A stretch of 64,000 nucleotides of DNA. It comes from Chrysomallon squamiferum (Eukaryota; Animalia; Mollusca). A program made the translations under genes and the position numbers. How positions within the stretch are numbered: the stretch's first letter is position 1; each line of letters begins with the position of its first letter. The notes under the pieces were generated by a model, which saw only the letters and a program-made list of their open reading frames with translations, was not told the DNA's origin and did no database searches. The stretch covers positions 27,094,001 to 27,158,000 of the forward strand of contig CM022673.1 in the NCBI GenBank assembly GCA_012295275.1. Direction: 5' to 3'. Of this stretch, positions 1 through 18,573 are shown one piece after another.

Positions 1-954
1 ATCAAATTTCGCACGTTGTTCAATCTGCAGTCAAAAACTGTGATATTACACATGTTAATTGTCAGAATAATACTATGAACGTGAACAACTACAAAGCACA
101 TAAGAGATATGGATTACTCATTACTTATGGAAATTTTTATTTCGTAAAAAGGCGTGTTTGTTGGTTTTAATCTCAGAAAAAGAATTACTCATATACCAGG
201 TTATAAAATAATCATGTTTGACCTTTTCGCAAATCTTTGACCTGAACACGTAACAAGTACAAGCTTGAACCCATGTAAACTGATTATATACATTTAAAAA
301 ATAAAAAATTAAAAAATTGATAAGCAGATATACCTGCATTTAAAATAAATAAATAAATAAATAATAATAGCAAAACCATAAAAAAATATATATATATTTT
401 TTAAAAAGGACTAAAAGATGAGTTGACGTGAACAATTTTTCACGTGTGAAATTCGTCAAACACCATGGCCCATTATTTCACGATCGTTTCTGACATCGAG
501 ACTTGTTTTGCAAAATCTTATAACAACGCATTTCGATAAATACCGATAAAAGATTTATTGAAATATTAAAATAGAACTCAAAAAATGCAGACGAGGTATG
601 TGGCAATGCTGTAAAAGGAAACTGCAAAAGGCGACTGTCCACTTTATGACAAACATACTTTGGAACTGCAAATACAGCGTGACTACGTTGCCCGGTAATG
701 CAGACAGCACAAAACAATCGAGATAACAAAGCTGGTCAGAGATTGTGTGTTTAGTGTTGTTGTACTTATCAGTAAGTCAAATCGTCCTTCCAAACTGAAA
801 AAAAAAAATAAAAAATAAAATAAAATAAAGAAAAAAGAGAAGAAAAAGACAGAGCACACCAACAATTTCACCAATTCAAAATGAAAGATAAATTAAATAA
901 TAATAACAACTTATTTGAAACGAATGAAAGAAAAATAATAAAATAAAAACAACT

Positions 955-990
<36 letters not shown>

Positions 991-3614
991 GTTTTGCATT
1001 ATGATATCAAAGATGAAACCAAGGGATATTTTAAACGTACATTTTCATAATTGCAAAAGAAAGCATATGTCATGGCTTTTGACTGACCAGTTATGGAGCA
1101 TCGTCATGAAATGAAAATAGTTCAAAATAGTTTAAAATAATACATTCTTATTATTACCAAATATAAATAAATAAATAAATAAATAAATAACGAAGAAAAA
1201 CAAACATAACATAGACATAAATAAAATAAAAAAATATATATATATATAAAATAAAAATATTTAAAAAAAATAAAATAAAATAAAATAAGAAGAAGAAGAA
1301 AGAGAAGAAGAATGAATAGCACTGTTTCCTGAAGAACATTATTATTATTTATTTATTTATTTATTTTGGTTTGTATGTATCACCACTATGTTCTTGGAAC
1401 TGCTGAATAATTGACGATTCATTCATTCTGTGTGTTTTTCAATGGACTGGAATTAAGCCCTACACAAGGTTTATCTTGGTGCTACTTTGGTATATCATCT
1501 ACGCGCTTATTTTAATTGTTATGGGGTTCATTCTTGGTTTTATATTATTATTTTTCACGGCATAAATGAAAAAAAAATTCCATTTATTTATAGGAACAAG
1601 GGCTAAATTAGAATAATTTTATCGATGAATTGAGCAAAACAGAAAAACAAGAAAAACATCTTCAGCATTCTTCCTCATCTGCAGCCAACACAAATAATCA
1701 GGGTGTGATTTGAATTTTCAAAATACGAATTTTCGTACCGCTTGAGTACTGGAAATTTAGACAATTTAAATGGGTAGTATGCTGTCTATTCGTCGGATTG
1801 AAAAAAAAAAAAAAAAAAAAAAATTCGTATATCTAATCAGCAGTAAAGTTTGCCTGGACATGATGTTGTTACATAATGTATCATGCATTAATCTTTAAGG
1901 ATCTTCCTCTTATGTTACGGAAATTTCCTAATTTTTTTTTTTTTTTTTTTTTTTTCGCCCTTTATATATATATATATAAAAAAAAAGTTGCAGACATCAC
2001 ACGCCAAAGTAGTTTCATGTCGCGTGGATCAAACGCCAAAGTAGAAACTTTTATCTTTCATCTTTGTACTTTATTGTTTTTGTTCTTTTAAATATTCTTT
2101 CATATTGTTTCTTTGTAACAGTTAACGGTACTTTCTGCTTTTAAACTCGTTAAATGTAATATACATTGTTACAATTATTTGTGACAAAACTGACGAAACT
2201 TATGATACATATATATTTTTTTTTCTTTCTTCCTTTTATTTATTTATTTATTTATTTGTATGCGTTTCCGTTTCGTTTTCTTTTTAAATGTTTTCCTGTC
2301 TGTTTTAATTTTCTTTGATACAAGATGAAAGTAATAATGTTGATAGATTTTCAGAAAATTAATATCATTGTTCCACACTACAGACGAACATAACACGCAT
2401 GCGCGGACACAAGATGGCAATTCGATGCATTTTTAAAATTAATTTCCTTCGATAATAATGAGACAACGAAGAGCAACAAACTTGTAAACAAACGATTATG
2501 ATTACTTCTGATGTAGAACAACAAGATGTCCTTGGACAAAATTTGCACGAATTTCTTGGGCCGCGTGCAGTGTGCGTGATACCAGCTGATAGTAATTTTG
2601 TTTAAATCGCAGAATATCTTGTACCGAACTCTCTATAATAATTTTTAAAATTTTAAGAAGCCAAAAAAAAAAAAAAAAAAAAAAAAGACAAGAAAAGTGA
2701 CAAAAAAATAAAGCAAGAAAGAAAAAAAAAAAAAAAAAAGGAAAATTTTTCAAAATTACAAAAATTTACAAATTTCAGTATAAATACTGAGCGAGTTTTG
2801 AAAACTTAGGTTTGAGGTTTTGCACTTCAGAGTGATACAGCTAATACCGAATAAAAGATGCAGCATCTTAAAAAAAAAAAATTACAGAGCCACAATTTAC
2901 CCAGAGTTTATAAAATCAATTATTAAAAGTTTTGTGTTATTTTGAAAATGGTAGAAAGTTTTGCCTATGTACATTTATCTAGAATGGTCTAACAAATAAT
3001 CATAGTTTACGATTTTAAATACACCTGATAAATCGTTTCCATTGATATAATTTAGTCATTAGAAATTACTTTATATTATCTAGGACTGGTAGGTTTGGTG
3101 AATTTTGGATCTGAAATATTGCGGAAATTAAGGCCACGCACCACAAAAAAAAGAAAAAAAAAAAAAAAATAAATAAATAAATAAATAAAAGGAAAAAAAA
3201 AAAAAAAAAAAAAGAGACTTGGATCATATTGCCTTTACTAGCGAAAGTAAAGTAAAATAAAATAAAATAAAATTAAATAAAATAAAAATTAATTATTTCT
3301 TACAAATAATTTCTCTAATTTTGCAAGCGTCATTCAGTTTATTCTATTACTATATTGTTTGTTCCGGTTTTTGTTAAAATTGTTAAAATTTAATTTTATT
3401 TTATTTTATTTTATGTGGAAACGCTACGATGTGAGAGCTCTCTCAAATTTGTCAAATTAACGAGAACAAAGAATTTGGATTTCGTTCTTGTGAGAATGTA
3501 GTTGAATAACGTTACAGCATGACTTAAGAAATGGAATCACGGCTAACAGAGGAATACAAAAGAAAAATGTTGAATAAACGTCGCTTTTACAAAAAAAGAT
3601 GAAAGCAAAAGATG

Positions 3615-3645
<31 letters not shown>

Positions 3646-3998
3646 AAATGATGGTTGCTTATTACGAGGATGGTAACATTACAGCGGGATTCCTATTGGA
3701 AACGGACCGATCATTAACCCTTAGAGGGTGGTCACTGTTATTGTGATGCCTAATTCATGATGAGTTTCATTGTAAAGAAGATAAAGCACACACACACACA
3801 CACTAATACAAAAATAAATAAAGTATAAAATAAAATACTAATAAAAAAAAAAAAAAAAGAAGAAGAAAAAATTGAAAATAAAATTTAAAAAAAAAAAAAA
3901 AAACACAAACACACAACACACACACACACATGTTTAGAAACTAGGAATAAATAAAGACATTTTTCTAAGATGGGATAAGAAAATGAATATGTAATATA

Positions 3999-4232
3999 CA
4001 TGGTGAGAACAAAGTCTGGGTACATAAGTAAAATAAATAGGTTGTCTATTAGGGTGTCTAAGGTTGAATTCTTCTGCAACTTTGCGATAAGACCATCCTT
4101 CTCGTCCACTTAAGAGTACCAACTCGATTCTTTCTTCTTTAGACAGAGCCATCATTCGATCTGGGTAAGAAAAATAACATAAATCAATAACATAGTAAAT
4201 TCCCCATGTACCCAGACTTTGTGGACACCCTG
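3999..4232 (-). mobile_element. Internally deleted (MITE-sized, 234 bp) Tc1/mariner-superfamily DNA transposon
   Basis: 27-bp terminal inverted repeats CATGGTGAGAACAAAGTCTGGGTACAT (3999-4025) and CAGGGTGTCCACAAAGTCTGGGTACAT (reverse complement of 4206-4232), 23/27 identical, each flanked by TA. The interior encodes MMALSKEERIELVLLSGREGWSYRKVAEEFNLRHPNRQPI, which resembles the N-terminal HTH (DUF4817-like) of Tc3/rosa-type transposases. Confidence 0.85.
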
Positions 4233-4433
4233 TATATTATCTCTCAAGCACGTTCAGTATCGAGCATTTGAGTTACGAGCAATTTCCCAGTGAGGGATTT
4301 TTTTAAATTTTATTATTATTATTCCTATGGTGTGACATCACATGTTCAAACCCCTTGATGATAGACACTATATGATATTTATTTATTTATTTGATTATTT
4401 ATTTTATTTTACGGGATTTGGGATATTATTATT

Positions 4434-4469
<36 letters not shown>

Positions 4470-4665
4470 TTTGTTTGTTTTGTTGAAATAATGAATTTTA
4501 AAATAATTAAATAAAAAAAAAAAAAAAAGAAAAAAAAAAAACGGTTAACTGGTAAATCATTAGTGTGAATAAATTAATTTTTCTGTTTACGTTAATAAAA
4601 TTAACAAACAAATGGACAATATCCTGCTACCTACATCTTTCTCCAGACAAGGGCACGAAAGAAAC

Positions 4666-4697
<32 letters not shown>

Positions 4698-4906
4698 CAA
4701 AAACCATTGTTCTAAATGTTACTTGATGAAAAAGCGACGCACGCGGTACCTTGTGACATCTGCGTGATTTCCGAAGGTTACTGATCCAATGACCTGACCT
4801 CACTAATGATCTCATCTGTTGACCGTTATAATTTAGCTAGATGACATTGACCTCTTTATCGAAATTCATCCTGGCTTGTCCACCCATATCACAGAAAAGT
4901 TTTAAA

Positions 4907-4943
<37 letters not shown>

Positions 4944-6734
4944 GCGTTGTTGTTGTTCTGATTATTATCATCGTATTAGTAGTTGTTGTTATTATTATCT
5001 CAGCAGTTATTGTAGTTGCTGTTGTTGTTGTAAAGTAAGACTGTAAAAAAAAAAAAAAAATGTATATATGTACGTATGTAATTACATACTGTATTATTAT
5101 TATACATAACGAAACAGGTATCACGATTTTAAAATCTAGTTGGATCGTTTAGTAACCACAAAGACCTGACATTTTTCTTAATTTACACCTAACACGATCT
5201 AAATTAATTGGCGACCTTAACTCCAGGGACTTTTCAATAGACAGTGAACAGTAAAAGATATGCGTTTCTAAAGGAAAATATTCAAAAGCTAGTCAATGCA
5301 TTTTACTTTAGCAGCCGACATACGTAAAACGACCCTTTTGACGAATTGGGTGCTCGAGTTTTGTCTCATCTCTAAGCTTTTATGCAAACACAGTATACTT
5401 TTCGCATTTCCATAGGTCATGTTTGAATTAGATTCGGATTAAATGCGTATGGTTGTTTTTACATAAACGTTCTTCACCACTACTACTAAATAAACAAATA
5501 AATAAATATTGATATAAATTCTTAGCCAAATATATTTTGTTTATCGCATATTCTTTGTATCATATTTGAACCAGAGAATTCGCAGGGCTGACAACAATAA
5601 ATAAATAAATAAATAAATAATAGATTCTAAAAATTAATCAAACAAATGCTGAAATTGTTAAATATGTTTATATGGGAAATACATTACCAAATGGTGCAAT
5701 CCATATTTTATTGGGTTTTTTTTTTTAGAGTAATGTCCCTTAATTAATTCATTATTTGTCAGTAATAAACACTTTTCATGTTTGGACAAAACTGCTTTGA
5801 CAAAATAGAATAAATCTAAGATCAGTACTAACTCGCCTGAAAATTATATCGTTACTAAACAATAGTATGACATAATAAACAAAAGATTAAATTATCGTTT
5901 TTTTTTTTTTTTTTTTTTTTTTATCGGTTCAGAAGATTTGATTTATTTCGATATAGTTACTATACTACCTGGTATAGCTTCTTTTTTTTATTATTATTAA
6001 TGTTTTTCTTTTTATTTTGTTTTAGGAGTTTGCATTTACAGTTTTTCTTTACTATTTAATTATTGTTAGCACACAAACACGGCGAGAAATAAGAATTATA
6101 TTAAAAGTATATAATTAGTGAAACGGATTTTAAATTTATTTGTTTATTTTGATAGTGTATCTTTAATACACACAATCCTATTCCACAGCAGCACATGTTA
6201 ATCAGATAACCCATTAAATGATTACACAGACTGTCGCGTATAATTCAGGTAACAACAATGCATGTGTATAAGATTCTCAAAAGATTATTTCCGAGTGGAT
6301 TACAACTATTATTTATAAATGGTTACTATACATCTTGTAAAACTGGCATATTTGAATACCAGTGAAATATAAAAATATTCCTTATATTTATTACGGTTTA
6401 TATAACGTCGGTCATATTAGCAAACAGTAATAAACGATATAAAACTTGACATCGAAAGGGGAAAAAAAAAAAAAAAAAATGTATTGCAAACGAAACACCT
6501 GATCTCGCTGTCACAGAGCTAGCTCGTGATAACTGACGCCTTTCAACTTTTAGTGGGTGTTACTTTTATTCATGAAGGGAGGAGCTAATTTCTAGATTGG
6601 CACAAGATGGACGTCGACACATAAGCCTTTTTGCGAAGGTTAATAAGGTTAACATTTTTTTCTTTTTTCCCATGCCAGAATATTATTAAAATTTCCAATT
6701 AATGAAGAAATTTAACAAAGCAAAAAATGATTTA

Positions 6735-6782
<48 letters not shown>

Positions 6783-6853
6783 CAGTATAAATGTAAGCAA
6801 TTATTACTCGTTATTTTAATTAATTAATTTTATTTAAATTCACTTGCTTTAAT

Positions 6854-6910
<57 letters not shown>

Positions 6911-7394
6911 TCTTTCTTTAAATTGGTTATAGAACAAAATCTAAAGTTTGTCTTCTTAAAATTATTTGAACTTGTGCATTTTTTATATACAATGGATAAT
7001 GGCTTGTTAAAATAATTCAAAAAATTAATGAATGAATATTTTGAGTAGCAGCTAAATGGTTACATATAGATAGCTGATCCTGATATACAATACTCAACTA
7101 ACAACCTCTTGCTCATTCCTTTTAATATGTAAATATAACAACAACACATCAATTCTGACAATCATTTTAATGCAATCAAAACATAAAACAAAGATTTCAT
7201 TTGGGACATTTTTCATGAGCAGTTTTATACAAGTTAAAAATAAAATTTACAGAAATTTTCAAGAATTTTGTTTATAGGTAGCTAGCATGAAATAAATTAT
7301 ACCTACTTTCAGAAAATGTTTAATGTAAATACAATATTTCTTTTTTCTTTTTTAAAATTAATTCCTCTTCGGGAAAAAACAAATACATACATAC

Positions 7395-7458
<64 letters not shown>
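7395..7458. repeat. (TG)n microsatellite
   Basis: Direct inspection. Confidence 0.95.
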
Positions 7459-7460
<2 letters not shown>

Positions 7461-9224
7461 AATTTTATTTAATGTATTTCTTACAAATAAATCCTACAGA
7501 CTCTTTATACAATGTCCATCAGTGCATAATTGACCTGAATGTTTTGGTCACATCTTGTTGATATCATTAAATAACATTTAAGTGACTGAAAACATTATTC
7601 ATGACAAAAGGCCACTGGATGACAGCATTGTTCAGTGATATCTCTATCAATATCCATTTTAAAATACAGCAAAAGATGAGAAAACGAATAGCAAAATCAC
7701 AGACCACTGATATAAATTTAATATTTCAGTTTTGTATGTTGAATGGTAAGAAAGAGTAATAAAAAATATATATGTGCTGTACTTAAACATTTACATACTA
7801 ATTTCTACAGATATAAACATATTAATAAAAAAAATAAAAATAAAAATAAAACCCCCTAAAACCCATGCATTAAAACCAAATAATTATCAATTTAAGCACT
7901 GAAAAAAGATTTTAAAAATAATTTTTGTCGAGGATTTTCAAACTGAACTGATATATAATGCATTCACTTCTTTATTTATAAACTCGTTGTTTTAAACCAG
8001 CTAACTAAATTAAGCAAAAATAATTTTTAAAAATCTGCTGAACAAATATAATTTTAAGAATTTGTAACTTAATTAATATAGTAAAACTATTTCTTAAAAA
8101 TTAAATAAATAAATAAATTAAATAAAATGCATTAAATTATCTCCCTTTCATCCTTTTCTACTTTCTAAGATTATAATCTCCTGGAATTTTCTAGTAAATT
8201 TTCTCTCTATTAATTTGTCTTTATTCTTGTTGTTAGGTGGCAGGAAAACAATACTTAATCAGTTATTATTTTTGTATTAATGAAAAATGTCTTGCCATCC
8301 AACAACTACCAGGTGACAAAATATAAATATGTGTCTTTAACAGAAATAACAAAAATACATACACCCTTACATATAATTAAAATTCTTTAGTCAGCTCCAA
8401 ATGACAATAAATTCAAGTGAAAAGCACCATAATGTTATTCAGCCCCAAGAATACCTTTAAATAGGCGACCCTAAGTAAATTTTAAAAATTTATTGTCAAT
8501 AATGTATGACATTCCCAAAATGTTAATTTTGTTGGTTACAATTTCCTTTGTTTAGCTGGTTCTGTTCATTTTTTTTTGTTCATTATCATTCTTTCATTTT
8601 TGAAATTTTATTAAAAAAAAAAAAAATAATTTTATTATTCATTCCTTCTTTCATTTAAGCAATTTATCAAATAACATTAAAAAAGCTATAAGCTAATTTT
8701 GGGAACAAATATGAAATACTGAATATTTAGACTAACAGTAACACCATTCTGTTTCTTTACTTATAGCAAGCTGTGTTAAAGTCAAATTTCATATTTTCAA
8801 CCTACAAAGTTATAATTTAAAACACCACACAGTATGAGTATTTAGATGTAACTCAGTAATAAAATGGTTTTAAAACAATGGTTGTCAATTTAAAACGACC
8901 ACCAAAGTGACAGAGAACGTGGTTAATAAAATATCTTATGTGCAACAAATGGCAGCATAATAACTTGTTAAAAAAACGAAAACAAATTAAAATAAACAAT
9001 TTTCCATCTTCCATTCCATTTTTACATCAAGACTGATCTTACTACAGATTTGTTGAGACCGAAAATGGAATACTTTTTTCTTCCTTATTTTCTTACATGG
9101 GTTGCTTCCTCCATTATTTTGTGAGCATCACTTTCTGTCCATCATGTTCACCAGTCACAGTTGAGCAGTGTTATGATGGATGTGTGATGTAATGAAGATG
9201 ATTTCAATCTGGTAATAACTTTTT

Positions 9225-14056
<4,832 letters not shown>

Positions 14057-15845
14057 TTTGCAAGTGATCAGTAATAGCAATATTAACCCATTATTTGAAA
14101 TTGTTCAGACTTGGAAAAACTCCTATATTTAGAAATTATGGATTTCACAGGTCTGAACCGAATGAAGGGAGATAACTCTCTTATCATACATTTTCACATT
14201 AACATAATTGCGTTCAGTTTGGTTTTGCTAGCTAAGTATACGAAACACTGACAAAATATTTTAATTTTTATTTCTTTATTTATTCATTTATTTATTATAA
14301 AATTGTACACCTAGAGTTTTGCATACATTAGAGAAGAAATGAAAGCAGAAATTTATTTTTTATCTTTATTTTTTTTCTTTCATTATAGTTTATCAATAGT
14401 AATACAAAATAAATAAATAAATAAAATTACAAGGGAAAAGGTACCGGAAAGAGTACATATGAGCTAAACAAAAACCCAAATTCATAAAAACTTAGACTTA
14501 ACTGATTACTAGATGGTGGTGTATTCTAATTCTTACCATTTTCAATTTTCTTCATAAAAGATACCAAAACAAAGATACTTGAAAAACATTTTAAATTTAA
14601 ATTGTCTTCTTTGGTATCAATAACAAACTTTTTATTTAAATGATAAACAATATCTATAATTATGTTTAAAAAATTAAATGAATATTTCCACATTCTGGAA
14701 AATGTTTCGTTCCAAAAGAATGCTAAAAAAAGACAACACAAGACTAAGAGTAGTTAAAAAAAGTTTTTATTAAAATGAATGACCATGTACACATACATAC
14801 ATTCAGTATTCAATTATTATTTTACAGCACAATAACATTATTATTATTATTTTACACATTCTCCCAGTGTTGAAACAAAACAGCCATAATTTGCTCTTTT
14901 TTTTTTTTTTTTTTTAAAAGAAGAAAATAAAGAAACTGAACAGAAGTAAGAATTATTCTTCCACAATATTTTGTTTTGTTTTGTCTTAACTGAAATGAAG
15001 ACAAAATATGATAAGAAAAGAAAACCTAATCATTATTTGCAAGGAAGACCTCCCCCCCAGCATCAATTTTTCCAAATTCCATTATAAAGAATATGTTGTA
15101 TATGGTTTTAAATAAATGTACATATATTTCTTTTTTAAATACTACATTATAAAGTGATAAATATATTTGCCTGTAAGTATATAATCAGATATAAATTAAA
15201 AATATATTATTTATTTTAATCTGTAACATCAAGTATTTTTTTCATAATGAGTAAAGAAATTACTTTTTTTATGTCTATGGGTGAGAATGTATGTATATGT
15301 GAGTGCATGTGTGTGTGTGTGTTTATATAGTATTTTTAATAGTCATGCAGAATATAAATTTCAAGGTATAAAATACATAATAACATAAAAAAATAATAAT
15401 AATTAAAAAATTAAATCTTTGAAATGTTCTTCTGCATACTAATAGCAAGAATTAAATGATATAAGCCATTTGCTTATAAACAGAACAAACTAAAAACAAA
15501 CCTTTCAGCAATTATCTACAAATATAATTATAGCTTTATCACAAACGTTTGATTGTTTTTTCTCAGTGCTACCAACCAGTTAGCTGTAGGCTTATTCTTT
15601 CATAATACTACTGATAGCACTAATATAATTACAATATGGCATCACTGCCAAACAAAGTGACATTTGATTTAACCTCAGCAACACAGCCTAACAAAATTAT
15701 CAACAGAGCTACAATAGTTTTTGAAAATTAAAAAAAAAAATCAAATAAAAAATTGAGTCTTTGACAAATATGTCTTGTATTAATTTAACAGTATAAAACA
15801 TGGTGCTTATCTAAAGTTCATTTTGCAAAAAAAGAAAAAAGTTTA

Positions 15846-15896
<51 letters not shown>

Positions 15897-18437
15897 GTTA
15901 GGAAAGCACTTTTTATTACAACTGAAATATGTAACTATATCAATATAAGTTTTAGTGAATAAGGAAATTCATTATGTTGCAGGTTGCTGTATACCTGCAA
16001 TGTAATACTAATGAAAAAACTTGTTCATGTTGACAAGTCAGTGTTGCTAGGAAATATCAAAATAAAATAAAAATAATAATCATAACAGCAGCGGTTGAAC
16101 ATTTCTGTTCCTTTGGTAGTCATCAAGTCATTTTATAACATGCCATTTCAAGAATAATGAATAAAAAGACCCAATATAAAAAGTAATATCCAAAGCTGGT
16201 CAAATTACAAATACGACTTCTTTTGGCAAAAAATACTTATTCCATTACTTCTATATTTAACATATTTTAACATTGTCATATACAAATTTAATAAAATCAG
16301 CTGCAAACCTAAAATTTCAGTTTATTTTCTCTGATTTTTTTTTCATATTTTTCAACAGCACCTTTGTTTAAAACTAATGAAAAGAAAAAGAAAATATTGA
16401 TTATTTGCTGTAGTAATACTGTACAAAATCATACATCTCTTTAATTAAAAAAAGTATAGATTTAAAAATATGTTGAGATACTTATACATTAGTTGTGTAT
16501 GTAGTATGTATAACATTTTCTTTTCAATTAATTCAAGAAAAATATAGACAGAATATGAGACAAGATTCACATATATGAATTAATCACTTTTATAGTATTG
16601 TAGAAAATTAGGTTATCAAGAATGTCTTTTTAACAAATATCAGAAAAAGAACGAAAATGAGGAAAATATATAGATGGTAAATGAGATGAAATTTTTATTC
16701 AAATGGAATTATGTTACTTTTGTAATGTTCTGTTTTCAAATCAAGACAAAGAGAAAAACAAAGATGGAAAATGAAATTTCTGAATGTCATGAATTACTTT
16801 TTTTCAGTACTGTACAAAAATGAGGTATAGTGTTGGACATGTACGACATGACAACATCACATGCTTCAACAGTTCACACATTTCATTCTGTGATGTAAAC
16901 AAGTGTACAACACACTGGCTGGCAAGTCAACTGTCATTTTAATGTATTGCATGATTGCACAAAGAAATAAAAAAAGAAAAGAAATTGTAACACACTAGCC
17001 CAGCAAATTAAAACAGCAAAGCATGAACAAAACTAAAATAATGCATGTTTACTACAACTGTAGCAGAGTCATATGAGCTCAACAATTAATGAAATATATG
17101 AAAAAAATAAATGGAATGTATTACTTCTATATATATATAGATATATATCACTCAAGACACACAGTGGATATGAATATTATGAAAATAGTTAAGAAAAAAT
17201 CATTTGCAGATCTAGCAAATGAAACCTAAATTTTCATGTGTTTAATGAATAAACGGATATGATGCTGGTAAAACTCAAAGATACATTCTTTTCTTTGCAA
17301 GTTTCAATCAAATTTCTAATAACTTAAAAATAACAGCTTATGTCAAGTATTGCACAAGATTCAGTAATGAAAGTATTTACATGATGAAGGCAAATGTAAT
17401 TATAAATGGCAGTTTTTAACTGATATACTTAACACCACTTATTATCTATAACAACCTTTGCAATCAAAAACTCCTCCATGACCCCAAAAGAAAAATAATA
17501 ATGCCTGTGAACTATAGTTAATTCTATTTTCTTTTTATTTGCTTTCTGCTAATTTTGTTAATGATCTCGTTAACAGCAATAAGAATACAGGTATTTTTAA
17601 ATCATTTTATCTCTGATTACTGTATATAATCATGAAACCAATTTTTTTCAAGTCATAGACTAAAGAGCTATACTGAAAATAACTTCAGCATCATCAAGTG
17701 GAGAGTTTATAAGAAAACAAAAGGGAGACTACTGAATAAAATGAAATGAAAAAACAAAACAAATAGAGATTGAAGTCTCAGTATATAATCTGTTAACTGC
17801 ATATAATATTAATACACTATATTACTGTGATAAAAAAAAAAAGAGAAGCTTTTTGTGGTTTTGTACTGACTTCTTGACTAGAACTAAGATTGTGGTTGCA
17901 AAATTGTGTCACATGTACCTTTGTGAAAAATACTGTTATCTGTACAACATTTATTTAATTAAGACAAGACAACAAATAGCACCAGATAAAAGCAAACAAA
18001 GAAAAACGAATGCAGATTTCTACATAAGCCGTAACAGCAACATAATCAGACATATTTTTCTATATAAAAAAACAAAACCAACATTCTTTCGTGGAATGCA
18101 TTCTTAATATCTTTCAGATCTGTTCTTACAACATTCCATAAAGCTTTGAGCAAGATTATTCCAAACATACTGCTCAGTCACACAAACATTAACTTTTTTG
18201 TTTTTTTAATGTTTCTTAAAAAAAAAAAAAAATAAAAAAAAAATGCTATGTATAGCACTCTGTAATGGAATGTAATAAAAAAACACATTTTGTCATTTCA
18301 TAATTCTCATTCGGAACAAAACGACTGATTAAAAATGCCCATTCATTATTACAGTATTTTTTATAAAAAAAAAGAAACAAAAACAAGTGAAAACAGATAA
18401 TAAAAATGGAGTCTCTTGGTTCTAATGTGAAGATTTG

Positions 18438-18573
18438 TCAAACAATGGTGCCAGGCCAGGAGACAACCACCAGCGTCACTGCACCGTGAACGTGTTTGAG
18501 GATCTCCACGGCCTTGCTGTGAGTCACTGACTGCAGGCTGTGTTCATTGACGTTCAGTATCATGTCTCCACAC
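18438..18573 (-). CDS. LNX2: LNX terminal exon 12
   Basis: cag|[47 protein letters not shown]. Confidence 0.94.

Noticed and set aside
1-6700. Additional gene or promoter near CAAGATGG motifs (2410, 6603) and TGACCTGACCT (4790-4800)
   Set aside because: No splice-consistent coding exons or recognisable peptide could be assembled, and short motifs alone are insufficient.
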